64,000 nucleotides of DNA, taken from the NCBI GenBank assembly GCA_963727525.1, contig CAVSGO010000007.1, positions 768,001 to 832,000 of the forward strand, given 5' to 3'. The DNA is from an uncultured bacterium (lineage in GTDB: Bacteria > Krumholzibacteriota > Krumholzibacteriia > LZORAL124-64-63). Below are positions 9,103 through 19,980 of the stretch, one piece after another. The notes below the pieces were generated by a model, which did no database searches, was not told where the DNA came from, and was given only the letters and a program-made list of their open reading frames with translations. The first letter of the stretch is position 1. Every line of letters begins with the position of its first letter. The position numbers and the translations under genes are program-made.

Positions 9103-9903
9103 ATGGACGCCCCGCTCACCGCCGTTCGCGACCTTGCCCTGCGCGCGGGCGATTTCCTGCTCGCCAACCTCGACCGCATCGCCCGCGTCGACCTCAAGGC
9201 CGGCACGGAGCTGGTCACCGATCTCGATCGGCGCTGCGAGGCCATGGTGGTCGAGGCACTGCACCGGCTATTCCCCGACGACGCCATCCGGGGCGAAGAG
9301 GGCGGTGCGCAGGAAGGCGGATCGGGCCGGTCGTGGTACGTCGACCCGATCGACGGCACCACGAACTTCGTCCATGGCTACTCGCACTTCTGCGTGTCCA
9401 TCGCTTGCGTGGACGGTGACGGCCCCGTGCTCGGCGCCGTGCACGCACCGTACCTCGACGAGCTGTTCACCGCGAGCCGCGGCACGGGCGCCGCGATGGA
9501 ACGGCCGCGACGTGGTGAGCGGCGCGACTTGCCGCGCCGCGAGCCGGTCGTCCTCACGTCGGCCCTGCTGGCCACCGGCTTCCCCTACCTGCGCGACGCG
9601 CGCGTCGATCGCAACGTGGAACTGGTGCGGCGGATGCTGAAGGGCGGGTGCCACGGTGTGCGGCGCGCCGGCAGCGCCGCGCTCGACCTCTGCCACGTGG
9701 GGGCGGGCAAGCTCGACGGATACTGGGAGATGGGCCTGCGCCCATGGGACGTGGCCGCGGGGCAACTCGTGGTGCGGGAGGTGGGAGGCGTCGTCTCCGA
9801 CTTCGCGGGCCACGATGACGGCCTGCCCTGCGAGTCGGTGGTGGCTGCCGTGCCCGGATTGCACGAGGAACTGCTGGCGATCATCGCCGGGGTCGCTCCG
9901 TGA
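9103..9903 (+). CDS. suhB: Inositol monophosphatase family protein
   Basis: WYVDPIDGTTNFVHG, RRAGSAALDLCHV and LRPWDVAAG motifs. Confidence 0.9.
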   Translation: MDAPLTAVRDLALRAGDFLLANLDRIARVDLKAGTELVTDLDRRCEAMVVEALHRLFPDDAIRGEEGGAQEGGSGRSWYVDPIDGTTNFVHGYSHFCVSIACVDGDGPVLGAVHAPYLDELFTASRGTGAAMERPRRGERRDLPRREPVVLTSALLATGFPYLRDARVDRNVELVRRMLKGGCHGVRRAGSAALDLCHVGAGKLDGYWEMGLRPWDVAAGQLVVREVGGVVSDFAGHDDGLPCESVVAAVPGLHEELLAIIAGVAP

Positions 9904-11456
9904 CGGGCTCCTGGGTCAGCATCCTGCCGCCGCTGCTGGCGATCGCGCTGGCGCTGATCACGCGACAGGTGCTGCCCTCGCTCATCGTCGGCGGCTACTG
10001 CGGCGCACTCGTCCTCGCCCATTTCCAGCCGCTCACCGCCTTGCTGCGCCTCGGCGATCACTTCCTCGTCGGGGCGCTCGCCGATCATGACCACGCGACC
10101 ATCGTGCTGTTCACCACGATCCTCGGCGGCATGGTCGGGGTGATGGCCGCGGGCGGCATGAGCGAGGGGCTGGTGCGCGCGCTCGCGGGCAAGGTGAGCA
10201 GCCGCCCCGCCGGTCAGACGTCGACGGCGATCATGGGCACCGTGATCTTCTTCGACGACTACGCCAACACCCTGCTCGTGGGCACCACGATGCGCCCGCT
10301 CACCGATCGTCTGCGCATCTCGCGCGAGAAGCTGGCGTACCTCGTCGACAGCACCGCCGCCCCGGTCACGGCCCTCGCCGTGGTGTCCACCTGGATCGGG
10401 TTCGAGGTCGGACTCATCCAGGAGGCCCTCGTGCGCGGTGGCCAGGACGGCGGCTCCGCCTACGCGTTCTTCGTGCAATGCCTGCCCTACAGCTTCTATC
10501 CCGTGCTCACGCTCGTGATGGTGTACCTGGTCGCGACCACGGGCCGCGACTTCGGCCCCATGTTCACCGCCGAGGCCAGGGCCTGGCAGCGCGACGAGGC
10601 GGCGCCGCTCGCCGGTGCCCGGGGCACGACCACGGCGCCGCTATCGCCGCTGCTCGGGCTCCTGCCGGTGGCCACCGTGATCGCCACGACCGCACTGGGT
10701 CTCTGGCTCGGCGGGCGGCAAGAGGCGATACGACAGGGTATTGCCTCACCATCGCTCAGGGATGTTCTCAACCACGCGGACAGCTACGCCGTCCTCATGT
10801 GGGCGGCCGTGCTCGGGGCGTTGATGGCGGCCGGCATCGCGCTCGGCAGCCGCCGTCTCTCCCTGGCGAAGGTCGTGGACGGGTTCATGAGCGGGTGCCA
10901 GTCGATGCTGGTGGCCATCGCCATCCTGATCCTGGCCTGGACGCTCAGCGCCGTGTGCGCCGACCTGGGTACGGCCGATTTCGTGGTCGGCGCGTGCCAG
11001 GGGGCGCTGTCGGCGCACCTGCTGCCGGCGGTGACGTTCCTGATCGCCGCCGTCGTGAGCTTCGCCACGGGCACGAGCTGGGGGACCATGGCCATCCTGA
11101 TGCCCCTCGTCTTCCCGCTCGGGCTCGCGCTGCCGGCCGCGGAAGGCGTGCCTGCGGGTGTGGCCCAGGCGATCCACCTGGCGACGGTGCGGGCCGTGAT
11201 GGCGGGCGCCGTGTTCGGCGACCACTGCTCGCCGATCTCCGACACCACGATCATGTCGTCCCTGGCCTCGAGTTGCGAACACGTCGATCATGTGCGGACC
11301 CAGCTCCCGTACGCGCTCGCCGTGGCCGGCATCGCGATCGTATGCGGGTACCTGCCGGCGGGCTGGGGGATGTCGCCCGTCCTCGGCAATCTGGTCGGCG
11401 CCGCCGTGGTGGCGGGGCTGGTGGTTGTCCTGGGACGCAACCCCGCGAGGTCGTGA
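9900..11456 (+). CDS. NhaC-family Na+/H+ antiporter / amino-acid transporter-like membrane protein
   Basis: IFFDDYANTL, ISREKLAYLVDSTAAP, SFATGTSWGTMAI, GAVFGDHCSPISDTT and HVRTQLPYA motifs. Confidence 0.9.
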   Translation: MTGSWVSILPPLLAIALALITRQVLPSLIVGGYCGALVLAHFQPLTALLRLGDHFLVGALADHDHATIVLFTTILGGMVGVMAAGGMSEGLVRALAGKVSSRPAGQTSTAIMGTVIFFDDYANTLLVGTTMRPLTDRLRISREKLAYLVDSTAAPVTALAVVSTWIGFEVGLIQEALVRGGQDGGSAYAFFVQCLPYSFYPVLTLVMVYLVATTGRDFGPMFTAEARAWQRDEAAPLAGARGTTTAPLSPLLGLLPVATVIATTALGLWLGGRQEAIRQGIASPSLRDVLNHADSYAVLMWAAVLGALMAAGIALGSRRLSLAKVVDGFMSGCQSMLVAIAILILAWTLSAVCADLGTADFVVGACQGALSAHLLPAVTFLIAAVVSFATGTSWGTMAILMPLVFPLGLALPAAEGVPAGVAQAIHLATVRAVMAGAVFGDHCSPISDTTIMSSLASSCEHVDHVRTQLPYALAVAGIAIVCGYLPAGWGMSPVLGNLVGAAVVAGLVVVLGRNPARS

Positions 11457-12226
11457 TGCTCACGCTGCTCACGGATTTCGGACAGCGCGACCCATACGTG
11501 GCCGAGGTGAAGGCCGCACTCGTGCGTGGGGGTGTGCCGTTGGCTCGGATCGTCGATCTCAGCCACGACATCGACGCCGGCGACGTGGCGGGGGCCGCCT
11601 GGTTCCTCGATCGGGTGTGGCGACAGTGGCCCACGGGCACGGTGCATGTGGCCGTGGTCGATCCGGGCGTGGGCATGGCGCGTCCGCCGGTGGCCGCAAA
11701 CTGTGCCGGGCATGTTTTCGTGGCGCCGGGTAATGGCCTCCTGGCGCCTCTTGCCAGGCGTGCCGATCTGCAGGTGGTGCGCCTGGCCGGCAGCGCCATG
11801 CAGCCGCCGCCGGGGCGGCGCCACTCCACGACGTTTCATGGTCGCGACCTCTTCGCGCCCGTGGGCGCCCGCTTGGCCGGCGGCGAGCGCCTCAATAGCG
11901 TGGGGATGCCCGCGACGGTGCAGGACCTCGGCACGCTGCCCCCGGCCGCGGACGGCCGCGTGGTGTGGATCGATCGCTTCGGCAACCTGATCAGCGACAT
12001 CGCGCGCGCGAGTGCGCTGGGCCAGTCGCTCGCCGAGGGCGCGGAACTGCGCGTGGCGGAGATGGCGGTCCACGGCCCGGTGCTGGCCTTCGCCGAGGCC
12101 CCGCCGGACACGCTGATCTGGTACTGGGGAAGTCATGATACGCTCGAGATCGCGCTGCGTGACGCCAGCGCGGCCCGTCGTCTGGGCGCCCGGCCGGGGC
12201 TGGCCATCCAGCGGCCGAGTCCGTAA
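11456..12226 (+). CDS. SAM hydroxide adenosyltransferase (DUF62, chlorinase/fluorinase superfamily)
   Basis: LTLLTDFG, VHVAVVDPGVG, STTFHGRDLFAP and IDRFGNLI motifs. TGATG overlap with the antiporter. Confidence 0.9.
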   Translation: MLTLLTDFGQRDPYVAEVKAALVRGGVPLARIVDLSHDIDAGDVAGAAWFLDRVWRQWPTGTVHVAVVDPGVGMARPPVAANCAGHVFVAPGNGLLAPLARRADLQVVRLAGSAMQPPPGRRHSTTFHGRDLFAPVGARLAGGERLNSVGMPATVQDLGTLPPAADGRVVWIDRFGNLISDIARASALGQSLAEGAELRVAEMAVHGPVLAFAEAPPDTLIWYWGSHDTLEIALRDASAARRLGARPGLAIQRPSP

Positions 12227-12268
12227 CGTCACGCGGTCGCGCGCACCTAGCAGGAGGCAATCCCACCC

Positions 12269-13063
12269 ATGCGGAATCCGTCTCGCCTGACTCCCGTCGT
12301 GAGCCGTCTCGCCGCGTGCCTATGTGCCGTGATCGCGCTGAGCGCGCTGGGCGGCTGCACGGGCAAGTCGATCGAGTTTCACTATCCGGCCGAACACATC
12401 ACGTTTCCCGGTCAGGGCATCGTGCGCCCCACGCTCTACGTGGAGTTCATCCACGACATGCGGCCGGAGGTCGAGCGCGTGGGCAAGGGCAAGATGTTCG
12501 ATATCACCTTCCCGGGCGATGAGGACTGGGACCGACCGGTCCAGCAGATCTACTACGAGGCGCTCGTGCAGGATCTCACGCAGACGGAGCTGGTGGCACT
12601 CGTGCCGATGCGGGCGCAGGCCGATTACGTGCTCGAGGTCGATCTGCAACGGCTCGGCGCGCGCCTGAAGCGTTCGGCCGGCGGCTACATGCTGGCCGCG
12701 CTCACCGGTGCGGGCGTCGGCTACGTCGTCACCCAGAGCGCGGGCGGGGCGGCCGGAGGTGTGGTGCTCGGCATCGGCGCCATGCCCATGCCGGCGCGGA
12801 TGGAGGCCACCGCGGAGGTGCGTCTGCGCCTCTACGACACCGATCATGAGCTGGTGTGGGATCGCGCCTGCCGCGGCGAACGGGTCAAGGAGATCTGGAC
12901 GGGCGTGACGGCGCGTAACGACCAGGAATGGGTGGACAGCTACCTCACCGTGGCCGTGAAGCGGTGCAATGCGTGCCTGCTGGGCCAGCTCCGGCAGGCG
13001 TTGCTCAGCGCCGGCGAGCCGATTCCGGACAAGCCGCGGCGACCGACGATTCCGCGACCCTAG
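12269..13063 (+). CDS. Hypothetical lipoprotein
   Basis: AGGAGG RBS, signal peptide ending LSALGG-C, central glycine-rich hydrophobic segment. Confidence 0.75.
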   Translation: MRNPSRLTPVVSRLAACLCAVIALSALGGCTGKSIEFHYPAEHITFPGQGIVRPTLYVEFIHDMRPEVERVGKGKMFDITFPGDEDWDRPVQQIYYEALVQDLTQTELVALVPMRAQADYVLEVDLQRLGARLKRSAGGYMLAALTGAGVGYVVTQSAGGAAGGVVLGIGAMPMPARMEATAEVRLRLYDTDHELVWDRACRGERVKEIWTGVTARNDQEWVDSYLTVAVKRCNACLLGQLRQALLSAGEPIPDKPRRPTIPRP

Positions 13064-13069
13064 TCGCGG

Positions 13070-14434
13070 CTACAGTAGCTGCGCGGCCAGGCTGGCCAGC
13101 GTGCTGCGCTCGCTCTTTGCCAGCGTGATGTGGCCGTAGATGGGCTGGTCCTTGAACCGTTCGACCACGTAGGTCAAGCCGTTGCTCGCCGCGTCGAGGT
13201 ACGGATTGTCGATCTGGTACGCGTCGCCGGTGAGGACCACCTTCGCGTCCTCGCCGGCGCGGCTGACCACGGTCTTCACCTCGTGCGGCGTGAGATTCTG
13301 CGCCTCGTCGATGACGATGAAGAGCTTGGGGAGGCTGCGCCCGCGGATGTACGTCACCGCTTCCATCTCCAGGATGCCGGTGTCGAAGAGATAGCCGACC
13401 TTGTCGCTGCTCTGCTCGAGCTTGGGGTCGACGAGGTACTGCAGGTTGTCGAGGATGGGCTCCATCCAGCTCTCGAGCTTCTCTTCCTTCGAGCCTGGCA
13501 AGTAGCCGATGTCCTTGCCCAGCGGCATGATCGGGCGCGATACCATGATGCGCCGGTAACGCTTTTCCTCGGCCACCATCTGCAGGCCCACGGCGAGTGC
13601 GAGCAGCGTCTTGCCGGTGCCGGCCTGGCCGAGCATGGTCACGAGCTGGATGTCCGGGCGCAGGAGCAGCTCGAGCGCGAACTGCTGCTGCAGGTTGCGG
13701 GCGGACAGTCCCCACGGGTGCGCGTCGCCGTAGGTCAACGGTTCGATACGTCTGCTGTCGGCGCGCCAGATGCCGCGCGCGGTCTGCTTGGGTCGCGTCT
13801 CGGCGCGCAGCAATACGCCCTCGTTCGGACGGAAGTCGCCCTCGATCACGACGGGCTCGCCGGCGTAGAAGCCGTTGACCACGTCTTCGGACACGACGTG
13901 CTCGCTCCAGCCGTTGTACAGCTCGTCGAAGTTCACCTTGCGGTTGCGGAAGTCCTCGGCCTTGATGCCCAGCGCGTCGGCCTTCACGCGGGCGTTGATG
14001 TCCTTCGAGATGAAGGCGACGTCGGCGCCCGCCTCCTGCAGGGCGATGGCCGTGGCGAGGATGCGGTTGTCCGGCACGGTGCTGTCCATGCCTGCGGGGA
14101 GGTGATCAACGAAGCTCTTCACGAGCACATAGAGCTTGCCGCCGCCCGGCAGGGCGACACCCTCGCTCAGCGGCTTGCCGTTGCGCAGCCCGTCGAGCGT
14201 GCGGGCCACGTGACGGGCGTTGCGCGCGCGCTCGTCGTTGCCGCGCTTGAAGCGGTCGAGTTCCTCGAGCACGTCGACAGTGAGTATCAGGTTGTGTTCG
14301 GAAAAAGCGCTCAGGGCCGTGGCGTCGTGGAGGAGGACGTTGGTGTCGAGGAGGAAGCTGCGTCCGACCGGAACGGGGAGCTGGCCACCTACGAATTGTC
14401 CAACGTCCCGCGAGGTGTCGCGGTGAGCTGACAT
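13070..14434 (-). CDS. PIN domain-PhoH family ATPase (PhoH2/YlaK-like)
   Basis: LLDTNVLLHD PIN motif, GQAGTGKT Walker A, IGYLPGSKEEK, YIRGRSL, IDEAQN and GDAYQID motifs. AAGGAGG RBS before ATG 14434. Confidence 0.93.
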   Translation of the reverse strand: MSAHRDTSRDVGQFVGGQLPVPVGRSFLLDTNVLLHDATALSAFSEHNLILTVDVLEELDRFKRGNDERARNARHVARTLDGLRNGKPLSEGVALPGGGKLYVLVKSFVDHLPAGMDSTVPDNRILATAIALQEAGADVAFISKDINARVKADALGIKAEDFRNRKVNFDELYNGWSEHVVSEDVVNGFYAGEPVVIEGDFRPNEGVLLRAETRPKQTARGIWRADSRRIEPLTYGDAHPWGLSARNLQQQFALELLLRPDIQLVTMLGQAGTGKTLLALAVGLQMVAEEKRYRRIMVSRPIMPLGKDIGYLPGSKEEKLESWMEPILDNLQYLVDPKLEQSSDKVGYLFDTGILEMEAVTYIRGRSLPKLFIVIDEAQNLTPHEVKTVVSRAGEDAKVVLTGDAYQIDNPYLDAASNGLTYVVERFKDQPIYGHITLAKSERSTLASLAAQLL

Positions 14435-14563
14435 GAAGCCTCCTTGTCGCAGCGCGAACTCCGTTTCACTATCGGCAGGAGAGCGCTGAGATTTATAGCA
14501 GGGTCGGGCGGGGCGTGGCAAGACCTTGTCTTGGCCAGATCCCGTGGTTATCGTGGCGGCACC

Positions 14564-16365
14564 ATGCGTGTCCTGTTCCTTCTGCTGCTGGTGAGCGCGG
14601 CCGCGGCCGCGGAGCCCCCTGCCACCCCGCCGCCGGCCGTCCGCTGGCCTCTCGACCTGCCCACGCACTACCTCGCCAGTAATTTCATGGAATACCGCGA
14701 CGGCCGCTTCCACGCGGGTCTCGATCTGAAGACGAACAGCCGCACGGGCTATCCCTGCCACGCTGTGGAATCGGGTTACGTGAGCCGCGTGCGCGTGGGC
14801 TACACCGGTTATGGACGCGCCGTGTATCTGCACGGGGTGTCGGGCCGCACCTACGTCTACGGTCATCTCGAGCGCCTGGCCGACCCGCTGCGCGCCCTCG
14901 TCGCCCGCGCGCAGAACCGGCGCGGCGTCTACACGGTCGATCTCAGTGTGAAGGCCGGCGCGGTCCCGGTTCGAGCCGGCGAGGTGATCGGCACCTCCGG
15001 CCAGAGCGGGACCGTCGGACCACATCTGCACTTCGAGGTGCGCGACGCCGCGCAGCGCCCGCTCGACCCGCAGCTCTGCGGATTCGCGGTGGACGACACG
15101 CGGGCGCCGCGGATCCTCGCGGTGCGGGCGCTCCCGGCGAGTCCCGAGGCGCGCATCGCCGGCACGGCGACGCCGCGGCTCGTGCGTGGCGGCGGCGACT
15201 TGCCGCCCCTGGCGGTGCTCGGGCCGGTGGCGTTCACCGCGCAGGTGGTGGAGACGAGCGACGCCATGGGCCATCACCTCGCGCCCTGTCTGCTGCGCCT
15301 GGAGGTGGATGGCACGGAGGTATTCGCGGCGCGCAACGACACGATCGAGTGGGACCGCAACGGGCAGCTCCGACTCGAGTTTCTCGAATGCGACGACGTG
15401 CGCGAGCGCTGGCTGCACCGCTGGCCGGCCGACACGGTGCCCGGACGCCGCGGCGGACTCTGGTACGAGGGGCCGCAGAGGCACGGGCTCGCGCCAGGCC
15501 ATCACCGCTGCGTGCTGACGGCCGCCGACCGCGCGGGCAACACGGCGCTTGCTACCTGGGATCTGCTGGTCCTCGCCCCCGAAGCGCCTTGGCCCGACAT
15601 CGCGGGCGGCTGGGAGGCCATGCCCACCGGTAGCCGGCTCGCGAGCCCGGATAGTCCGGCCAGCGCCGATCTCATCCCGCCGCTCGTGCCGCCGGACCCG
15701 TTGCCGGCGGCGAGCGCCATCAGGTTGTCCCCGCCGACGATGCCGGGGTCCTGGCGGCGACCACGCTCTGGTGGCGCGCCGTCGCGACCCCGACCGACGA
15801 TCCCGTCTCCGGCCTGCTCAGTGCCGGCGCCGCAGCGTCTTATGCGGCCGGCACCTGGCCCGTCCAGGGGGCGATCACAGTACCGCTGCCCGGAGCGGCC
15901 GGCGTCATCGGGGACCCCCGGGCCGCGGTCTATCGCCAGGATGGCCGCCGCTGGCTCTACGTCGGGCAGGTGGCCGTCGACGGCGACGGCTTACCGGCCT
16001 TCCGGCTGTCTGGCCCCGGTTTGCACGCGGTCATGCGCGACGTGGATCCGCCGGTGATCGTGGCCGGTGGCGATACCCTGCGCGTGGGGCCCGGACCCGC
16101 CCGGATCGCGCCCACGGTAACGCCACCGGTCTGGGCGCCGGTGATCGTGTCCGTGGGTGATCACGGCAGCGGCGTCGACTGGGAGGCCCTGCGCGTGTGG
16201 CTCGACGGCCAGCCGCTCCTGGCCGAGCCGGACCCGCCCCGCGATCGTGTGCTCGTGGCACTGCCCGACGATCTCGCCCCGGGTCCTCACGCCCTGGGGC
16301 TGGAGGTCGTGGACCGGGCCGGCAACCACGCCGCGCGCGTTCTCGCGCTGCTAGCGAGGTCATGA
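14564..16365 (+). CDS. M23 family metallopeptidase, apparently split by a -1 frameshift near 15680-15730
   Basis: Signal peptide, RFHAGLDLK and GPHLHFEVRD M23 motifs in frame 2. After about 15700 frame 2 is Pro/Arg/Ser-rich nonsense, while frame 1 (open 15634-16365) reads AVYRQDGRRWLYVG...GLHAVMRDVDPPVI...DHGSGVD...EVVDRAGN. Confidence 0.8.
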
Positions 16366-16392
16366 CCCGCCGGATGATGTTCCGCCGGACGG

Positions 16393-16421
16393 TTTACGCA
16401 CCCGCGCCGGCCTGCTAAGGT
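16393..16421 (+). promoter_or_regulatory. Putative sigma70 promoter for dnaE
   Basis: TTTACG, 17 nt, extended -10 TGcTAAGGT, then GGAGG RBS before ATG 16447. Confidence 0.45.
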
Positions 16422-16446
16422 CGGCACCTGGAGGATAGACGTCAGC

Positions 16447-19400
16447 ATGCCCGAGGCCACCTTCGTCCATCTGCACAATCATTCCGACTACTCGCTCCTC
16501 GACGGCGCGATGAAGGCGCGCGCCATGGTGAGCAAGGCAAAGGCCGATGGTCAGCCGGCCCTCGCGCTCACCGACCACGGAAACCTGTTCGGGGCTGTCG
16601 AGTTCTACCTGGAATGCCGTAAGCAGGGCATCAAGCCCATCCTCGGGATGGAGGCCTACGTCACGCGCGATCGCCACGACCGCTCGGGCAAGGACGCGGC
16701 GCGCAACCATCACACCGTGTTGCTGGCGGCCAACGCGACGGGCTGGCGCAATCTGATCCAGCTGGCCTCGGCGGGTTTTCTCGAGGGCTTCTACTACAAA
16801 CCCCGCATCGACAAGGATCTGCTCGCGGCCCACAGCGACGGCATCATCGCCCTCAGCGCCTGCCTCGGCGGCGAGCCCAACAGTCTGCTGCGTCGCGGCG
16901 ACGTGCCCGGCGCGATCCGTGCGGCGGGGGAGTACCGCGAGATCTTCGGGCGCGATCGCTACTTCCTCGAGATCCAGAACCATGGCCTGCCGGACGAGGA
17001 GCAGGTACGCCGCCTCATGCCCGAGGTGGCGCGCGAACTGGGTCTGGAGATCGTGGCCACCAACGACTGCCACTTCCTCGAGCGCGAGCATTACGAGGCC
17101 CACGACATCCTGCTGGCGATCCAGACGGGCAAGACCCTCGAGGACGACGCGCGCTGGAAGTCGGCCACGCCTGAGGTGTACTTCAAGTCCACGCAGGAGA
17201 TGCAGACGCTCTTCCAGGACTGGCCCCAGGCGCTGGCAAACACGCTGCGGGTCGCCGATCTGGTGGACCTCGATCTGGAGCTGGGCAAGCTGCTGCTGCC
17301 GGCCTTTCCTCTGCCATCGGGCTTCGCGACGGCAGAGGACTACGTGGAGCACCTGGCGCGCACCGGTCTGGCGCGCCGTTACGCCACGATCACGCCGGTC
17401 ATCGAGGAGCGGCTGTCCTACGAGCTGGGTGTGATCCGCGCCACCGGCTTCGCGGGCTATTTTCTCATCGTCGCGGATTTCATCGAGGCTGCGCATCGCA
17501 TGGCCATTCCGGTGGGGCCCGGCCGCGGCTCGGCTGCGGGCAGCCTGGTGTGCTACTGCATGGGGATCACCGATATCGACCCCATCCGGCACAACCTGCT
17601 CTTCGAACGCTTCCTCAATCCCGAGCGCATCTCGATGCCCGACATCGACGTCGACTTCTGCTTCGAGAAGCGCCCGCAGATCATTCGCTACGTGGAGGAG
17701 AAATACGGCCGCGACAACGTGTCGCAGATCATCACCTTCGGCACGATGGCGGCGCGCGCGGTGATCAAGGACGTGGCGCGCGTGCTCAGCCTGGGCTTCC
17801 AGGACGCCGACCGCATCTCGAAGCTCGTGCCCGAGGAGATCGGTATCACCCTCGAACGCGCGATCAAGGAGGCGCCCGGGCTCAAGGACGTGGCGCGCGA
17901 AAGCGACGTGCACGCGAAGCTGCTGCGCAACGCGCTCGTGCTGGAAGGGTTGAACCGCAATCCCGGCATCCATGCCGCGGGCGTGCTGATCACGCCCACG
18001 CCGCTCGTCAACCACGTGCCGCTCTACAAGACCACCAAGGGTGATATCACCACCCAGTTCGACATGCGCATGAGCGAGGAACTGGGCCTGCTCAAGATGG
18101 ATTTCCTCGGCCTGCGCACGCTCACCGTCATCGACAAGGCTCTGCAGCTCATCGCGGAGACCAAGGGCGTCACGATGACGGCGCAGGACATCCCCACCGA
18201 CGACCCGGGGACCTACAAGCTCCTGCAGGAAGGGCGCACCGTCGGCGTGTTCCAGCTCGAGAGCAGCGGCATGCAGGAGCTGGTGCGCAAGATGAAGCCC
18301 ACCTGCTACGAGGACATCACGGCCATCAACGCGCTCTACCGGCCCGGGCCGCTGGGCGCGGACATGGATGAGGTCTTCGTGGAGCGCAAGCACGGCCGCC
18401 AGAAGATCACCTACAAGCATCCCGATCTCGAACCCATCCTGCGCGATACCTACGGCGTGATCCTGTACCAGGAGCAGGTCATGCAGATCGCCAGCAAGCT
18501 GGGCGGCTTCTCCATGGGCCAGGCCGACAAGCTGCGCAAGGCCATGGGCAAGAAGAAGGCCGACATGATGGCCGAGATGAAGGTGAAGTTCCTGGACGGC
18601 GCGGCGAAGCTGGACGTGGACGAGCGCATCGCGCGCGAGGTCTTCGAGGAGATGGAGTTCTTCGCGCAGTACGGCTTCAACAAGAGCCACTCGGCGGCGT
18701 ACGCCCTGCTGTCGATCCAGACGGCGTGGCTCAAGGCGCACCATCCTGCCGAGTTCATGGCCGCCACCATGACGTCCGAGATGCGCAAGAGCGAACGCAT
18801 CATCCAGCTCATCGACGAGTGCAAGAACCTGAGCCTGCGTATCCAGCCCCCGGACATCAACCGGCCGCGGCGCGAATTCGCCGTGGCCGACGGCCAGATC
18901 GTCTTCGGCATGGGCGCGGTTAAGGGCGTCGGCGGCACGGCCATCGACGCCCTGCGGGAGGCCGACCGCATCTTCGCCGATCTCTTCGACCTCTGCGAAC
19001 ACGTGGACCTGCAGAAGGCGAACCGCAAGGTACTCGAGGGCTTGATCCATGCGGGGGCGCTCGACCGCTTGCCCGGCGACCGCGCCACGCTCATCGCCAA
19101 TCTCGACCGCGCCATCACCTATGGACAGAAGGCGGCCCGCGATCGCGACGGCGGCCAGGTATCCCTCTTCGGCGGCGCCGCCGCCACCACCACGCTGCGG
19201 CCCACTCTGAGCGTGGTGGAGCCCTTCGATCCCCTGGTGCAGCTCAGCCATGAACGCGAGGCGGTGGGCTTCTTCCTCTCGGGCCATCCCTTCCACGAGT
19301 ACCGCGAACTCATGGCGGCGTTGCCGGTGGCGACGGCGCGGGAGGTGGCCGCCAGGGGCGAGGGCACGCGGGTCGATCTGGCCGGCGTCGTCACGAGCCA

Positions 19401-19914
19401 CACCAGGAGCCGCGATCGGCACAAGCGCGTGTACGCCCGGGCGCACTTCGAGGACCGCACCGGCATCGTCTCGCTCACCGTCTACGCACGCCTCTACGAG
19501 GAGGTGAAGGACCTGGTGGCGAGCGACGGCATCCTGGTGGCGACCGGCCGGATCCAGGTGCGGGGCGACGGTCAACGCGAGGTGGTGGCGGATCGGCTGA
19601 CCCCGGTCGACGAGGTCCTCGCGCAGTGGACCCGGGAAGTGCTCTTGAAGCTCGACCTGGCCCGCATGGGGCAGGATGGTCTGCAGGGGCTCGAACAGGT
19701 CCTGATCGACCACAGCGAGGGCGGCGGAGTGCCGCTTCTTGTTGACACGAGCCGCGGGGGGCGCAATTGGTTGCTGCGCTCGAGCGGGCGCTCGCTGCGT
19801 CTGACGCTGGCGAGTCTGCGCGCCCTGCGCACCATCGCGGGGGTGGAGGCCATCCAATTGCGTGTGGCGGTCCCGGCGCCGCCGCGATCCGAGCGAATCA
19901 GCGCCCACGGCTAG
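16447..19914 (+). CDS. dnaE: DNA polymerase III alpha subunit
   Basis: FVHLHNHSDYSLLDGA PHP domain, GPGRGSAAGS, PDIDVDF, HAAGV, KMDFLGL and YGFNKSH motifs, C-terminal OB fold. Confidence 0.98.
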   Translation: MPEATFVHLHNHSDYSLLDGAMKARAMVSKAKADGQPALALTDHGNLFGAVEFYLECRKQGIKPILGMEAYVTRDRHDRSGKDAARNHHTVLLAANATGWRNLIQLASAGFLEGFYYKPRIDKDLLAAHSDGIIALSACLGGEPNSLLRRGDVPGAIRAAGEYREIFGRDRYFLEIQNHGLPDEEQVRRLMPEVARELGLEIVATNDCHFLEREHYEAHDILLAIQTGKTLEDDARWKSATPEVYFKSTQEMQTLFQDWPQALANTLRVADLVDLDLELGKLLLPAFPLPSGFATAEDYVEHLARTGLARRYATITPVIEERLSYELGVIRATGFAGYFLIVADFIEAAHRMAIPVGPGRGSAAGSLVCYCMGITDIDPIRHNLLFERFLNPERISMPDIDVDFCFEKRPQIIRYVEEKYGRDNVSQIITFGTMAARAVIKDVARVLSLGFQDADRISKLVPEEIGITLERAIKEAPGLKDVARESDVHAKLLRNALVLEGLNRNPGIHAAGVLITPTPLVNHVPLYKTTKGDITTQFDMRMSEELGLLKMDFLGLRTLTVIDKALQLIAETKGVTMTAQDIPTDDPGTYKLLQEGRTVGVFQLESSGMQELVRKMKPTCYEDITAINALYRPGPLGADMDEVFVERKHGRQKITYKHPDLEPILRDTYGVILYQEQVMQIASKLGGFSMGQADKLRKAMGKKKADMMAEMKVKFLDGAAKLDVDERIAREVFEEMEFFAQYGFNKSHSAAYALLSIQTAWLKAHHPAEFMAATMTSEMRKSERIIQLIDECKNLSLRIQPPDINRPRREFAVADGQIVFGMGAVKGVGGTAIDALREADRIFADLFDLCEHVDLQKANRKVLEGLIHAGALDRLPGDRATLIANLDRAITYGQKAARDRDGGQVSLFGGAAATTTLRPTLSVVEPFDPLVQLSHEREAVGFFLSGHPFHEYRELMAALPVATAREVAARGEGTRVDLAGVVTSHTRSRDRHKRVYARAHFEDRTGIVSLTVYARLYEEVKDLVASDGILVATGRIQVRGDGQREVVADRLTPVDEVLAQWTREVLLKLDLARMGQDGLQGLEQVLIDHSEGGGVPLLVDTSRGGRNWLLRSSGRSLRLTLASLRALRTIAGVEAIQLRVAVPAPPRSERISAHG

Positions 19915-19980
19915 TGGGCGGCGAGGACGCCTTCGGGCTATCTTGCCGCGATTGCCGCGCGTGACGGAAAGGACGGTGAC

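Noticed and set aside
11456-12226. Possible SAM-dependent fluorinase/chlorinase
   Set aside because: It retains the Asp (VDPGVG), Arg and His (TFHGRD) residues typical of DUF62 SAM hydrolases, and no halometabolite cluster is adjacent.
15634-15740. Programmed ribosomal frameshift in the M23 gene
   Set aside because: No X XXY YYZ slippery site or homopolymer was seen, so an indel is the simpler explanation.
16447-19914. Intein in DnaE
   Set aside because: The length (1155 aa) is normal, the motifs are contiguous, and no intein boundaries are visible.
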